Notes: generated from the letters alone by a model not told the origin. A stretch of 64,000 bases of DNA from Octopus sinensis (GCF_006345805.1 NC_043003.1:77996001-78060000); one strand, 5' to 3'; shown: positions 1 to 12,764, numbered from the stretch's first letter. Translations and numbers: made by a program.

Positions 1-300
1 ACATACTCTAGGTTATTGAGTACACTTTGCACATCTGTACATACACTCTTATCCCCTCCTCATAACTGTCCATGACAGGTTTTTCTGCTGTCATTCCCCC
101 CCCATTCCCCTCATTCTCAGTTTATAAGCTTAAGGTCACTAAGTACTTTCTACATATATTGTGTACAAAGCACTCCTCTACCTGTGCTGGTTCCATGATG
201 TTCTGTTTCCTGCTACACCTCACCCCTGCCTACAGGTGAGCAAGATTACATCTCTAATGCTGACACCATTAAAAGAAAAAAATAATCAACAAGGCTACCA

Positions 301-460
301 ATGTGGTTGTGTGGTAAGTTTGCTTCCCAACCACATGGTTCCAGGTTCAGTCCCACTGCATGGCACCTAGGGCAAGTATTTTCTATTATAACTTCAAGCC
401 AACCAAAGCCTTGGGAATGGATTTGGTAAATAGAAACTGAAAGAAGCCCATTGTGTATAT
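301..460 (+). mobile_element. tRNA-derived SINE (family A), 5' part
   Basis: Matches the repeat GTGGCTGTGTGGTAAG...GGTTCAGTCCCACTGC...GGATTTGGTAGACGGAAACTGAAAGAAGCCC also seen at 3888, 22590 and 23035. Confidence 0.75.
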
Positions 461-1210
461 GTGAACCACAGCGTTCGGTTTGTTAACTGGAAAGATGGTA
501 CCCACAGTCAACAAGTAGAGAGTAGGTGGGCCTCTATGAAGCAAGGTAATAAACAATGCTGTGACACTCACCATTCTATAGCAAATTCATATCTCTGAAT
601 TTGTGGCACAGGAGATACGAAAATTGTGATTTGTTTGAGAATTTGATTAAATGTATTTCTAACTTCAGTTTTTAATTTTAAAAATATCTTGTAATGTGTT
701 GCCTATCGCATGCTTAAATGTTTGTTTTTTAAACATATTTTGTTCACTCTTTTATTGTTATACATAACATATAAACATGTACATCTTATAGAACATTGTT
801 ATTTTATAAGATTTTGCTGGTAAATTTTTAAATTAGCATAAACATTCATTTACATGAAAGGAAATTACCAGAGAACTTTCATCTAATTCTTCCAAATCTT
901 TCTGCTAAAACTGTATTGAAACCATTTGTGGGGGAAAATTGTAATGTGTTTATTGCATGTAACATGTTGTTCATCGCATTTGCATTAAATACATATTAAA
1001 AGCTTAAAACTACTTGTTTCTTTTAGTCATTGAGGTGGTTGTGAGGTGTGTTAAAAATAACAGACAAATAACGTTTTTTTGATAAATCTTTTAAGTTCAT
1101 GCTATCACATTATATACTTATTGAATGTTTCAAACTGCAAAATACATGTTGTTTGACAAATATTGTCAACGCGTGGTATTTTCAAGCTGTTGACGACAAA
1201 ATGTGCAGCC
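461..1210 (+). mobile_element. Merlin (IS1595/ISXO2-like) DNA transposon 3' remnant
   Basis: 461-675 translates, with frameshifts, to VNHSVRFVNWKDGTHSQQVESRWASMKQG...SYL.EF.WHRRYEN.DLFENLIKCISNF*. This is the ISXO2/Merlin C-terminal signature (VNH..F....G.HTQ.IES.W...K...SYL.EF.WR). 790-940 recurs at 51697-51835. Putative TIR end ...GCTGTTGACGACAAAATGTGCAGCC at about 1210. Confidence 0.7.
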
Positions 1211-1469
1211 ACGCACAAAATGACAGCTTCCAAATCCTGTTTCTTGACTGGGTGAAAATGATCAAAATTTAAACCTCTATAACATTTTAAAAGTAATTTT
1301 CTGGAAAAAGTGAAACAACTCCAGCAATTCAGAAGAAAGGCACCCAACTATAGAAATCACACCAAATGTCATGTACAAGCACTAGTCAATTGGAGAAGCA
1401 GTTCCCAATAGGAGATGACCTAGAACATTATGACCTATCCAACCCATTAAAAATAAAAATAAATGCACC

Positions 1470-1711
1470 CTTTTAAAGCCTAGCCAGGCTCATGGGCCCA
1501 GTTTCCCGGTTTCCATGGCGTATGTGTTCCCAAGATGGATGGGACACCAGTCCATTGCAGCGTTACTCATTTTTGCCAGCTGAGTGGACTGGAGCAACAT
1601 GAAATGAAGTGTTTTGCTCAAAAACACAATGCATCGCCTGGTCCATGAATCGAAACCACAATCTTACGATCATGATGCTGACACCCTAACCACTAAGCCA
1701 TGCACCTCCAC
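1470..1711 (-). mobile_element. tRNA-derived CORE-like SINE
   Basis: Reverse strand has A box TGGCTTAGTGG and B box GTTTCGATTC, followed by TTGTGTTTTTGAGCAAAACACTTCATTTCA...CAGTCCACTCAGCTGGCAAAAATGAGT. Related copies at 7150-7345, 24505-24820 and 31170-31505. Confidence 0.7.
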
Positions 1712-1770
1712 TATCCAACCCATGCCTGCATGGAAAACAGATGTAGAATGATTAGGATGATGAGGATATA

Positions 1771-2430
1771 TATGAGGCTGGGCTGAAAAATTCATAGGTT
1801 AGCTATGAAGGAGTGATGCTACAGCTGTGAAATCTTGCATGCATTAATTTCAACTCTTCTTATTACCTCCGCCTTAGCAAAGGTGGAGGTATTGTTTTCA
1901 GTTGTGTTTGTTTGTCTGTTTGTCCATGGACAAGATATCTCAAGAACCGCTGGATGGATTCGGATGAGACTTTCTGGGATTTTGGCCTCATGACTGGCAT
2001 GAACTGATTAGATTTTGGGATTGATCCAATACTGGACAAGGATTCTAGCTTATTTTTCCATTTTTTTTTTACTTAATTTTTGAGAGCAGTCAGGTTCATT
2101 TTTAGTATTCTCGTTTGTGAGAGCAGTCAAGTTTATTTCAGATATTCTTATTTTAATAATCATCCCTAGCTAATCATTGAAAGGATATTGGTGTTGCCTT
2201 GGCAGAGGCTTGCACTCTCTGAGTACTCTTATTAATAACTGCATTGTTTCTTTCCAGGTAAATCAACATCTCACAGTTCAATGACAACCTCAATAGTAAC
2301 TAGTAGCAACTTCTCTTGAAAATGGACAAAATATGGCATCATGATGTTATCAAGCACCTGCAGGAAAAGGACAATGATGCTGACATGGTTGCTACATTAG
2401 GGGATGACACTCCAGCTTCAGCAACAGTGG
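1771..2430 (+). mobile_element. mariner 5' remnant interrupted by a Helentron-type element
   Basis: TIR-like start TATGAGGCTGGGCTGAAAAATTC. The N-terminus MDKIWHHDVIKHLQEK...DADMVATLGDDTPASATV resembles a mariner HTH N-terminus. Confidence 0.55.
1863..2230 (+). mobile_element. Helentron-associated non-autonomous element (HINE/DINE-like)
   Basis: 5' TTACCTCCGCC...GGTGGAGGT inverted motif, GTTTGTCTGTTTGTCC microsatellite, 3' subterminal CTTGGCAGAGG and terminal hairpin GCACTCTCTGAGTAC. Confidence 0.65.
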
Positions 2431-2574
2431 AATTGGAACATCCTTGTATCTCTTCTACAGCAAGATACTTACCTCTATCTTTCTATTATTTTTTTCACCT
2501 CTCATCAACTGACACAAAGCCACTTCACTCAATACTACTCCCGTCACCTCAGTTGTAAGGACTTTGTCTTGATC

Positions 2575-3040
2575 AGCTGGTGCTAGTGCCATAAAAAAGC
2601 ACCCAGTACACTCTGTAAAGTGGTTGGTGTTAGGAAGGGCACCCAGCTGTAGAAACCATGCCAAACCAGACAACGAGCTTGTTATAGCTCACTGACTTAC
2701 CATACCAAACAATCCAACCCATGCCAGCATGGAGAATAGATGTTAAATGATGATATATATGTACGTATGTATGTTTTATGCTCATAAGGGTATATGTATG
2801 CATGTTTGAATGTGTGTGTATGTGTGTGTGTGTGTGTGGTACCAGCACTACTTTCTCTTTCTCTTCACTAGCACTGGAGCCATGCAAAAACTACCCAGTT
2901 CGCTCTGTGAAGTGGTTGGCTTTAGGGAACCATGGCAAAGCAGACACTGAAACTTGGCACAGTCTGTTGGCCTGTCAGCTCCTGTCGAACAGTCCAGCCC
3001 ATGCCAGCATGGAAAATAGATGATAAACAGCAATGATGAT

Positions 3041-3087
<47 letters not shown>
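2575..3087 (+). mobile_element. Two RTE-LINE 3'-tail fragments ending in (GAT)n
   Basis: GTGGTTGGTGTTAGGAAGGGCACCCAGCTGTAGAAAC...CCATGCCAGCATGGA...GATGATGAT matches the 3' UTR of the LINE at 33796-33970 (reverse strand). Confidence 0.7.
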
Positions 3088-3824
3088 TATGTGATTTCAC
3101 ACTTTTTCTGGCTCTGGTTATTAGATTGTATTATTAGTCTTTCTGAAGTCTCACATGCAAACAAACACACACGTATTGTGTCGGTGTGGTGTATATGTTT
3201 CATTCATCTATTGTGTTACATTTTGATTTAATATTGCAATAATATTTGATACCTGTGTTTTGGGAAGAGTAAAATTTGAAATACTTTATGAGAGAAAAAA
3301 AAAATGAAAATAGATTATAAAAGAAAAGACAAAGAAAGAGGAGGAAGGTTCAAACTATTTTTTTTTAATTGCCTCAATGATTTGTCTGGAATATTACACA
3401 ATAATTTTCATACTTGTTTCAATGCTCATATATAATAAAGATATGGATTTATTAATAAATATGCATTTGCTTAATGTCACCAAGTACATGTAATGAGATC
3501 TCTTTGTTGATGTAAATTTAGTAAACTTCGAGTTAATCACGCATGCATATATATATATATTTAATAATATATTATTATTAATATTAGGAAATCAATATCA
3601 GAAAACTCCTCAGAAAGATATACACGTGTGAAAAATAATTGTTGTATTAAATATACAAATAAATCAATATACATAGGTATAAAAATATATGTAAATATGT
3701 ATAAGTATAAATATATAATGTATATGACAGTTTAAAGGTTTTGAATAAAGTATTTAAGTATTTGAATTAGGTATTTAAAGCATCTTACAATGCTTTAAAT
3801 ACTGAATTCAAAACTTTTAAACTG

Positions 3825-3854
<30 letters not shown>

Positions 3855-3857
<3 letters not shown>

Positions 3858-4204
3858 TACAGGAGTGGCTGTATGGTAAGTAGCCATAGGCGCAGGAGTG
3901 GCTGTGTGGTAAGTAGCTTGCTTACCAACTACATGGTTCTGGGTTCATTCCCACTGCATGGCACCTTCAGCAAGTGTCTTCTACTATAGCCTCGGGCCGA
4001 CCAAAGCCTTGTGAGTGGATTTGGTTGACAGAAACCGAAAGAAGTCCATCATATATATGTATATATATGTGTGTGTGTGTATATGTTTGTGTGTCTGTGT
4101 TTGTCCCCCAACATCGCTTGATAACCGATGCTGGTGTGTTTACATCCCCATAACTTAACGATTCGGCAAAAGGGACTGATAGAATAAGTACTAGGCTTAC
4201 AAAG
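3855..4204 (+). mobile_element. SINE family A with duplicated head
   Basis: CAGGAGTGGCTGT(A/G)TGGTAAGTAGC occurs twice, then B box, internal (TA/TG)n and GTTTGTCCCCCAACATCGC...GAATAAGTACTAGGCTTACAAAG body. Confidence 0.8.
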
Positions 4205-5177
4205 TCTCCTCTTTATAGACAATAGATGCAATCTGAGGGCTGTTTGGCAGCTATTTCTAGGCACCTTCATTGTAAGTTACATGACACAGTTACTAATTCT
4301 TCTCGTTTCACAATCTTCACTTGCTAGAAGTGTGTAAGCCCTCCATAATACTGGGATAATTGTTCTATGAGAGATTCTTAAATATCTGATTTGTTTACCA
4401 ACAAACAGAGCCAAAAACAAAAATATTAACAACAATATCACTGGTTATGTAAGTATTCAATAATACAACTGTAGACCAGAAACTCCATATCCGTTCATCC
4501 AGGGTCAAATTTCCTGAAATTTTTCAGTAAAATATTAACACTATTGCATCCTTATAAAACCAATGTTACATAATAACAAATAAACAAAATATAAATTGAG
4601 TTTAAAAGAAAACATCGACAGAAATGTATAAATAAAATACAAATGTCCAACTTAAATAAATTTTAACAAAAATATTCCTGATAATGGCTATAGTGCACAA
4701 CATTAACCCTTTCACTTTTCAAAATACCATACCTCATCACCTGACTATCTATTAATATTAAACAATGAATAAATCAAAGAACACAGAGGCATTTATGCTA
4801 AAACATTTTCAAAAGGCTTTTGAAATACCATAAATAATAGATGACTTATTATGCAATAAATCTCTTTGACTAAGATGAAATAGTTCAAACTATTTGAAAC
4901 AGAATTGTGTATTTAAAAAAATCCAAACTTAATTTAGATTCAATAAAAGCTATGAAGGAATTTCTATGAAATATTTATCTAATGATAAATGGCAGCTTAG
5001 ATTTTAATACTGTATGTATTGAATATACTAACACCTACTTAATTGGTTTCATAGTAATGTCAGTATTAAATAATTTAGTGTGCTAAGCATTTATTACATA
5101 ATAATATATTCAAAATAGTTATCTGGTGATGAGTAAAAGATAGCATTGCATCAATGACTATTATTATGTTATTTTGG

Positions 5178-5402
5178 CCCTTTAGCATTTAAAACCAACC
5201 ATCATATCCAGCCAAAATATTCAACTTGCTTTATGTTTAAAATGGCCAGCTCTGGCTCTCACATCTACCCAATAATGTCATTCTTAAAAAATAAACAATC
5301 ACATCATCGAAATCTTAAAGCTACACGATAATGCATGACTAATTCAAAACAATGTGAATAAATAAGTGATACATTTGACAGGGTAATCTGAACACAAAAG
5401 GG
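5178..5402. mobile_element. piggyBac-like MITE
   Basis: CCCTTTAGCA...AAAGGG termini. Same family, in opposite orientation, as 21736-21953 and 40867-41097, which have TTAA-type flanks. Confidence 0.6.
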
Positions 5403-5741
5403 TGAAATACAGTATTTTAAATTTCCTCTTTGCCAACCTTTCTTCAACTGGCATAAAACCACTTCTCTCAATACTACACCCTACTCAGCTGAGAGATCTT
5501 GTTTTGCGAGTTACTTGGTGACTTCACTAGTTACTTGGTGACTTCACTAGCATGGAAGGCAGACATTATCCAGGATACTCTGTGAAGTGGTTGCTATTAA
5601 GAAGGACATCCAGCCACAGAACCTATGCCAAAGTAGACAGTGGAGCTTGGTGCAATCCTCGGGCTGTCAGTTCTCATCAAGCCATCCAACCCATACCAGT
5701 ATAGGAAACTGATGTTAAATGACATTGATATACACACACAC

Positions 5742-6046
5742 GGCGCAATGACCCAGTGGTTAGGGCAGCGGACTCGCGGTTGTAGGATCACAGTTTCGAT
5801 TCCCAGACCGGGCGTTGTGAGTGTTTATTGAGCGAAAACACCTAAAAGCTCCACGAGGCTCCGGCAAGGGATGGTGGTGATCCCTGCTGTACTCTTTCAC
5901 CACTCTTTCTCTCACTCTTTCTTCTGTTGGCCTGCTCGCTTAGCCAGCGGGGTGGCGTCATTCAAAGGCTAAAACAATGCGAACGCATTGTGACCAGCGA
6001 TGTGTAACAACATCTGATGGTCTGGTCGGTCACGTGATCACGTGAT
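5742..6046 (+). mobile_element. Young tRNA-derived SINE (octopus OR-like)
   Basis: GGCGCAATGACCCAGTGGTTAGGGCAGCGGACTCGCGG...GTTTCGATTCCCAGACC tRNA-like head, CpG-rich body and CACGTGAT tandem tail. Diverged relative at 42606-42900. Confidence 0.75.
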
Positions 6047-6689
6047 ATATATATACTCACATATGTATATATAGATATGTTTATGTATTTGTTTTGCAAG
6101 ATTCTTGATGTGAAATCATGTGTTGAAACAGATATTGTTATACTGTGGAATGGACATATTTTGCCAATTAAACATGTGTGTGTTTAATTGGCAAAATATG
6201 ACCTTCCTCAAACATAACAATGTATATAGATTGATAAATAGATAGGCAGAGGTGTGTGTGTATGTGTTTATCATAACTTTGCATGCTATTTGGTAGTGGT
6301 GATAGTGGGGATGTGTGTTGGTTGTGGTTGTGGTGGTGGTGGTGGTGGTGGTGGTGGTGGTGATGATGATGCATAGAAACGAGGCAATACTTATATTCTT
6401 CATTTTGTTATAAAACTGCTCTCTCCATTTTCTATAGAATATTTCAAAATTATTTCAACCATAATAAGAATTTAATTCCAAAGAATTTTGTCAGGGAATT
6501 ATCTATAATTTTTTTTTTTTACTTTATATTTCACATGACTGCATAGTTGGAATAGAAATGCTTGGCTTTTGTTCCATACCATAATCTGTTGACTAAATTA
6601 GTATTCGTTCTAGATGTATTGTTTCATTATTTTCCTATATTTAATTGCACTCATTTATCAAATATAGTTTGATGACACTTCTTTTATCT

Positions 6690-7105
6690 TTCACTTGTTT
6701 TAGTCATTCAACTGTGACCATGCTGGAGCACTGCTTAGAAGGGTTTAGCCAAGTTTAGCCAAACAAAATCAACCTCAGTACTTATTTTTAAGTTTGGTGC
6801 TTATTCTATTGGTCTCTTTTGCTGAACTGCTAAATTATGGGGATGTAAACAAACCATCATCGATTCGAAGTGGTGGTGGTGGTGGAGAACAAACACAAGA
6901 CTGGTACTTATTCCATTAGTCTCTTTTGCTGAACCGCTAAATTATGGGGATGTAAACAAACTATCATCAATTTGAAGTGGTGGTAGAGAACAAACACAAG
7001 ACTGGTACTTATTCCATTAGTCTCTTTTGCTGAACCGCTAAATTATGGGGATGTAAACAAACCATCATCGATTTGAAATGGTGGTAGAGAACAAACACGA
7101 AGACA
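6690..7105 (-). mobile_element. SINE family A 3' part with an internal ~100-bp unit triplicated
   Basis: GGTACTTATTCCATTAGTCTCTTTTGCTGAACCGCTAAATTATGGGGATGTAAACAAA...GAGAACAAACAC repeated three times. Confidence 0.7.
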
Positions 7106-8872
7106 CATACACATCATATATAGTTATATGGACATAACTGTCTTGAATCCACAGATTCATAGAGCTAGTTACCTGGTTTCCATGGTGTGTGAATGACCAA
7201 GATCCAAATGGGATGTCAGCCCATTGCAAAGTTAATTATTTTCAGCTAAGTGGACTGGAGCAATGTGAAATGAAGTGTCTTGCTCAAGAACCTAACACAT
7301 CACTTGATCCAGGAATCAAAACCACAATCTTGCAATCATGACAAGTCATACATACAACCAAGTGCTTTATAACTGCGAAACCAATGGTCACTTCCTGACC
7401 AGTCATAACATCCAACCTTCTAAACATATATGAGGAACTTTCACACTGTTTCCATCTACCAGATTAACTTACAAGACTTTGGTCAGCCTGACGCTATTGG
7501 AGAAGACACTTGCCTAAGGTGCCACACAGCAAGACTGACCCCAAAACCACATAGCTATAAACAAATCTCTTTACCACACAGCCATGCCTGTACCCATAAA
7601 TTTAAACCAATAAGAGAAGGAATACTTAAGTCTGAGTTCAAAATAGGCTGAAAATGAATCCTTTACCATTTTTAATGTCTGCTATTTCAATTGTTAAACT
7701 GGTGGGCAAGTGATCAAGTATTCGTCTGATACATGTACACTTAACATAATCCTTTGGTAAAAGTAGTATGACAAAATAGGTTACATATATATTTTGCATT
7801 AAATAAAATTATAATCTGAGGTGTTTGGAAGTTCTTAACCTAATTTCTGCAGTAAAAGCAAAAACTTCCTGAATTACATTTTGTCCTAGAATATTATCAA
7901 TATCAGATTTCAAGGCCATTCAACAAAGAACCTATAGAAATAAATCTTTACTTTCTCCCTGGTGGATCAATTTTTGCATTGAGCAGGCTAACAAGGAAGC
8001 CTTTATATAATTGTTGGATCTGCTAGAAATAGCAGCTAACTATCCATCTTATCATACCACAACCATCTTACAAAAACTAAGATACATAAAAAAATTTAGT
8101 TCTTGACATACAAAAAAGATGGCCTGTTCTTGTACCACATGTATCATTGATTATGCTATCACATCCAGTTAAAATTTGTACATAGTCTTTTACTTATTAT
8201 ATATGAAGCATCCAGATATTGACCATGCAAAGGCATTCATTTATGGTTGTTTACTGCAGTTGATTTATGTGGTGACTTCCAAAGATTCTGCTGCTGACCT
8301 TCAAAGTGTAAAGAATTTCTGGTGAGAAGTGAGTTGCTGTACATGTAATCAATTTGCTATTTCCATTTTGATCATAATCAACAAGATATAGCCAGCCTTC
8401 TTTTATGTTTAGGAGGGTTGTGGGCAGCAGTAATAACTGCTTTTTTATTTTGCTCCTTAAGGTCAATATTTTCATATCACATTGCCTTCTAGAGATGTAC
8501 AGTCTAAGGTTATTAAATGTATTGTGTAGTACATGTTTTTATTTAATAGATTTCTAAAATCTAGTCTATGGAATTTAGTTTTATCATACTTCAGTCCAAT
8601 GCCATAGAGCATATTTTATGGCTAAAATTGCAAATGTAATGGAGAAGATAAAATTTGTGTTATTAAAATGAAATTTTCACATAAGTTTTCACTCTTTCAA
8701 AGTATGTATTTTAAAATCTTGTTAGAATATCTATTACACATGCAGTTTTACTGGCATATATCCCCAAATATTTGTAGAAGGCTGAACTGTCCAGCTCCTA
8801 AACTTTCACTTTTTCTGGGCCCCTAAACCCACTGTTCCATTAGTTGATTTTGCTACATTTTAGCAAGAACTG

Positions 8873-9420
8873 TTGAAGAACATCCCTCACAGATTGGAAT
8901 ATGGGAGAGCTGTGTTGGCCTATATGGATGATTTCACAATGATGGTATCAGAGACCATGAAAGTGGAGGTGGTCAACACCATTCTACAGGAATATGAGGT
9001 GGTGACAGAAGCGAAATTAAATCTGGACATATCAGTGGGCTTGCATCTTGGCATCTAAGAGAGACAAGTCTATACTGTCAGACAACATTGTGGGACAATG
9101 AATAGATAAAGTGGTTAACCTGATCAGGGTCTGATTCAATCCAGATCTTTGGGTGAACACGAACTAGGATAAGGTTATGAGCTGAGTGACTGGCTTCGTC
9201 CAGTAATCAACCAAGAGGGAAACTGAGCTGAAGGTGATCTACCATTGCTTCCCTTATAATTTACTGCCTGGTCATACCTTGTCCCTGGTTCATATCTGAC
9301 TATACTGGAGCATCTGCTCTACTGCATCCTGTTGATGAGACATGTTCATCTGTTGCTAGTGTCATGGCTGCTGATGCATTGTCACATGCTGTTGTGTAAA
9401 ACAGTATCTCCTCCATGAGT
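8873..9420 (+). pseudogene. Degenerate L1/Tx1-like LINE reverse transcriptase fragment
   Basis: AVLAYMDDFTMMV...LQEYEVVTEAKLNLDISVGLHLG resembles RT motif AYADD...YE..SGAK.N..KS.GL.LG. Stops follow. Confidence 0.55.
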
Positions 9421-9501
9421 CAAAACTATAGGTGCAGTATTCAAAACTGCACAAAAAAATGGTGTGAGATAGTATGCTACCATAATATACTATCATGGTT
9501 A

Positions 9502-9950
9502 AGGTGGCGAGCTGGCAGAAATGTTAGCATGCCGGGCAAAATGCATAGCCCTATTTCATCTGCCATCACATTCTGAGTTCAAATTCCGCCGAGGTCGACT
9601 TTGCTTTTCATCCTTTCGGGGTCGATAAATTAAGTACCAGTTAAGCACTGGGGGTCGATATAATTGACTTAATCCATTTGTCTGTCCTTGTTTGTCCTCT
9701 CTGTATTTAGCTCCTTGTGGGTAGTACAGAAAAAGGTGATGAGCTGGTAGTGTCATGAGTACACTTGACAAAATGCTTAATATGTTTTCATCTGTCTCTA
9801 TGTTCTGAGTTCAAATACTGTCAAAGTTGGCTTTACCTTTTTATCTTTCAGGGTTCGATGAAATAAGTACTAGTTGAGCACTAGAGGCTAATGTAATTGA
9901 CGAAGGCCCTCACCTGAAGTTGCTGGTCTTGTACCAAAATTTGAAACCAG
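9502..9950 (+). mobile_element. Two adjacent SINE family B copies (one young, one old)
   Basis: GGCGAGCTGGCAGAA...GAGTTCAAATTCCGCCGAGGTCGACTTTGC(C/T)TTTCATCCTTTCGGGGTCGATAAATTAAGTACCAG core. Many copies in the window. Confidence 0.8.
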
Positions 9951-10669
9951 TATATTGTCATGGTCAGGGTTACACAAGGTTCACAGTAAATGATAGTGAT
10001 GTCGACATTGATACTTGGTTTATTGTTACTTTTGTGATGTTTGATCTGTTGTGATTGAATCTCTATCTAAATTCTAGATTTCCTTTTATATTCAGTTTGG
10101 TCTCCTGACATAAAAACATTTTGCCAGTAAGAATGTACATGGAATATCTCTACTCTTAAGCTCTTTTCATAATGTGTGTGTGTGTATGTGCATGTGTATA
10201 TGTGTGTGTATGCATGCATATGTATGTTTGTGTGTACCTTTGTCTTGACATCACATGGTGGTTCTTGAAGAGCATTATTGTCATACAAACAATGTTATTA
10301 ATTTTCAGTCATCTGTGTGAAAAAAAAATACCATGTCCAGCTATGGAGAAATATTGCCTTGCTTGGAAACAGATGAAGGTTGGTAACAGAAAGGATATCT
10401 GACTGTAGAAAATCTGCCGCACTGAATTCCATTTGACCCATGTAGACATGTAAAAGTTGATGTTAAAAAAAATTATGACAGCACTGATTCATAAAAATAA
10501 TCAGTCATATGAGGTACTGCAAATTATAAAAAGTATTTGAGGTATCTGATGACACACTGTAGTTATAGAAGCCTATTGTTACATAGTTATTTACAAACTA
10601 CAAGATTCTAAATAAACAGACCAACACGGCTGTACTCAGAATCTACAGAGCATAAAATGTATTACATTT

Positions 10670-10733
10670 CACACGCTGATGAATCTACATTCAGCTGTGC
10701 TGGTCTCTAGGTGAAACAATTTGTAAGTTGTAA
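10670..10733 (+). ncRNA. Type I hammerhead ribozyme-like motif, stem I degenerate
   Basis: CTGATGA (10676), stem II ATCTA/TAGGT, GAAA (10713), stem III ACA/TGT, site GUA. Stem I pairs poorly. Confidence 0.5.
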
Positions 10734-11270
10734 GCAGCTACTGTAAATGTGTGTGTGTGTGTGTGTGTGTGTGAGTGTGTGTGTGTGTGTGTTGTGTGTG
10801 TGTATGTGTGTGTGTGTTTGTGTGTGTGTGTATTTGTGTGAGCGCATTTGATTTTGCAAGTAAAAGAGAACGTGACATATAAAGCACAATACATCTATAT
10901 ATACATGCATACATACATATATAGATATATTCGCCAAGTTGGACCGCTGAAATCTACAAGTTTTTTCATTCCCTCTCTGTTTATTTTCTCTTATTTCTTT
11001 CTGTTGAAGTGTGTAGGCTTGAAATGTAAAATTCTTTTTCATTTTTCCCGAGCGTCAAACTAATACACTTGCTTGTTGGTCATACAACTTTCTTTATCTT
11101 GTTTTTCTATAAATTTCAACTATATGTACGTACGTATGTATGTAGTATATATGTAGGTATGTGTGCATATATATGTTTATTTGTGCATATATATATATAA
11201 ATGTATATATGTATGTACATATATATATGTGTGTGTGTGTGTGTATGTATATTTATATATACACATATAT

Positions 11271-11922
11271 ATGATTGGAAGTCAAAGATTATTTGCACTT
11301 TCACCATGACATATCTTTATTATTGTCACACTGCCTTCTGCGCATGCATACTTATAGTTGGTACTATTGTGGTCACATGATCGAAGTTTGAGCCTGATCC
11401 TGCCATTTTTCTTTCTGGTTTCACAGAGTAAGTATGGCTGCTCCACTAGCAATGTGCACCAAAGAAGAACAAAGAGCAGTGATCTGACTTCTGTAGTCGA
11501 AAGGTGTGTCAGGTACTGAAATTCATCAGTGGCTTTTAGCTCAATAGGGGGACAGTTTTCTACCATGTAGAAGTGCGTATGAGCGTATCAAGAAGTTTAA
11601 AAGTGGTCGGACAAGTGTGATGCATGAAGAGGGAACAGGACGCCCGTCAACCTCCACCACTGATGGGAAGATTCAGCAAGCTTAAGAGGTGGTAATGGTG
11701 AACCTCTAGGATCCCTGGTCTTTGTTCTTCTTTGTTGCCCATTGCTAGTGGAGCAGCGAGGCTTACACTGTAAAGCCAGAAAGAAAAATAGTGTGATCAG
11801 GCTCGAACTTCAATCACATGACCACGGTAGTACCAACTATAAGCATGCATTTACAGAGGGTGGTGTGACAATAATAAAGATATGTTATGGCAAAAGTGTG
11901 AATAATTTTTGACTTCCCGTCA
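11271..11922 (+). mobile_element. mariner-derived fold-back element with ~200-bp inverted ends
   Basis: 11271-11480 is the reverse complement of 11715-11922. From ATG 11434: MAAPLAMCTKEEQRAVI*LL*SKGVSGTEIHQWL...KKFKSGRTSVMHEEGTGRPSTST, a mariner HTH N-terminus with the GRP motif. Confidence 0.8.
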
Positions 11923-12118
11923 CACACACATGCACACACACATACATATATATATATATACATATTTATGTATTGGGTATAGCCTGGTTAAACACACTAC
12001 CAGCGCAGAAACACGTGTAGAGTTGATTAAAAATATCTTCTTTCCCACAACTAATAACAGATAAGGTATATATATTTTTTCAAATAATTAAAAAAAAATT
12101 TTCTTTTAATTAATTTTA

Positions 12119-12285
12119 TTGTGTCTGCGCATGCGCGAAAGTGTGTCTGTGCATGTGCGAACGTGTGCATGCGCGTGCGCAAAAGTATGACTGTGCATGC
12201 ACGAAAGTGTATGTGCACATGCGCGAACGTGTGACTGTGCATGCGCGAAAGTGTGTGCAATCACACTTTCACGCATGCGCACGCA
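12119..12285. repeat. ~20-22-bp minisatellite
   Basis: Units like GTGTGTCTGCGCATGCGCGAAA repeated about 8 times. Confidence 0.8.
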
Positions 12286-12339
12286 CACATATATATACAC
12301 AATACTTTTCTCTCCAAGAATTTGAACTACAGTTTTTAC

Positions 12340-12696
12340 CATATATATATATACATATATATACATACATATACATATATATAACATATATATAACATAT
12401 ATATATACATATACACATATACATATATACAGATACACATATACATATACACATATACATATACACATATATATGTACACATATCCATATATACATATAT
12501 ACATATACATATACATATATACATATACAGATACACATATATATATACAGATACATATATACATATATAATATACATATATATATACATATATACATTAC
12601 ATATATACATATATATAACATATATATATACATATATATATATATATATTATATATATACATAATATATATACATATATACATATACATATATACA

Positions 12697-12740
<44 letters not shown>

Positions 12741-12764
12741 TATATATATATTATATATATATAC

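Noticed and set aside
5742-5815. Possible tRNA gene
   Set aside because: The tRNA-like head continues into a SINE body and tail, with no clean acceptor stem or terminator.
8251-8475. 74-aa minus-strand ORF in unique sequence
   Set aside because: No recognisable motif or convincing splice sites.
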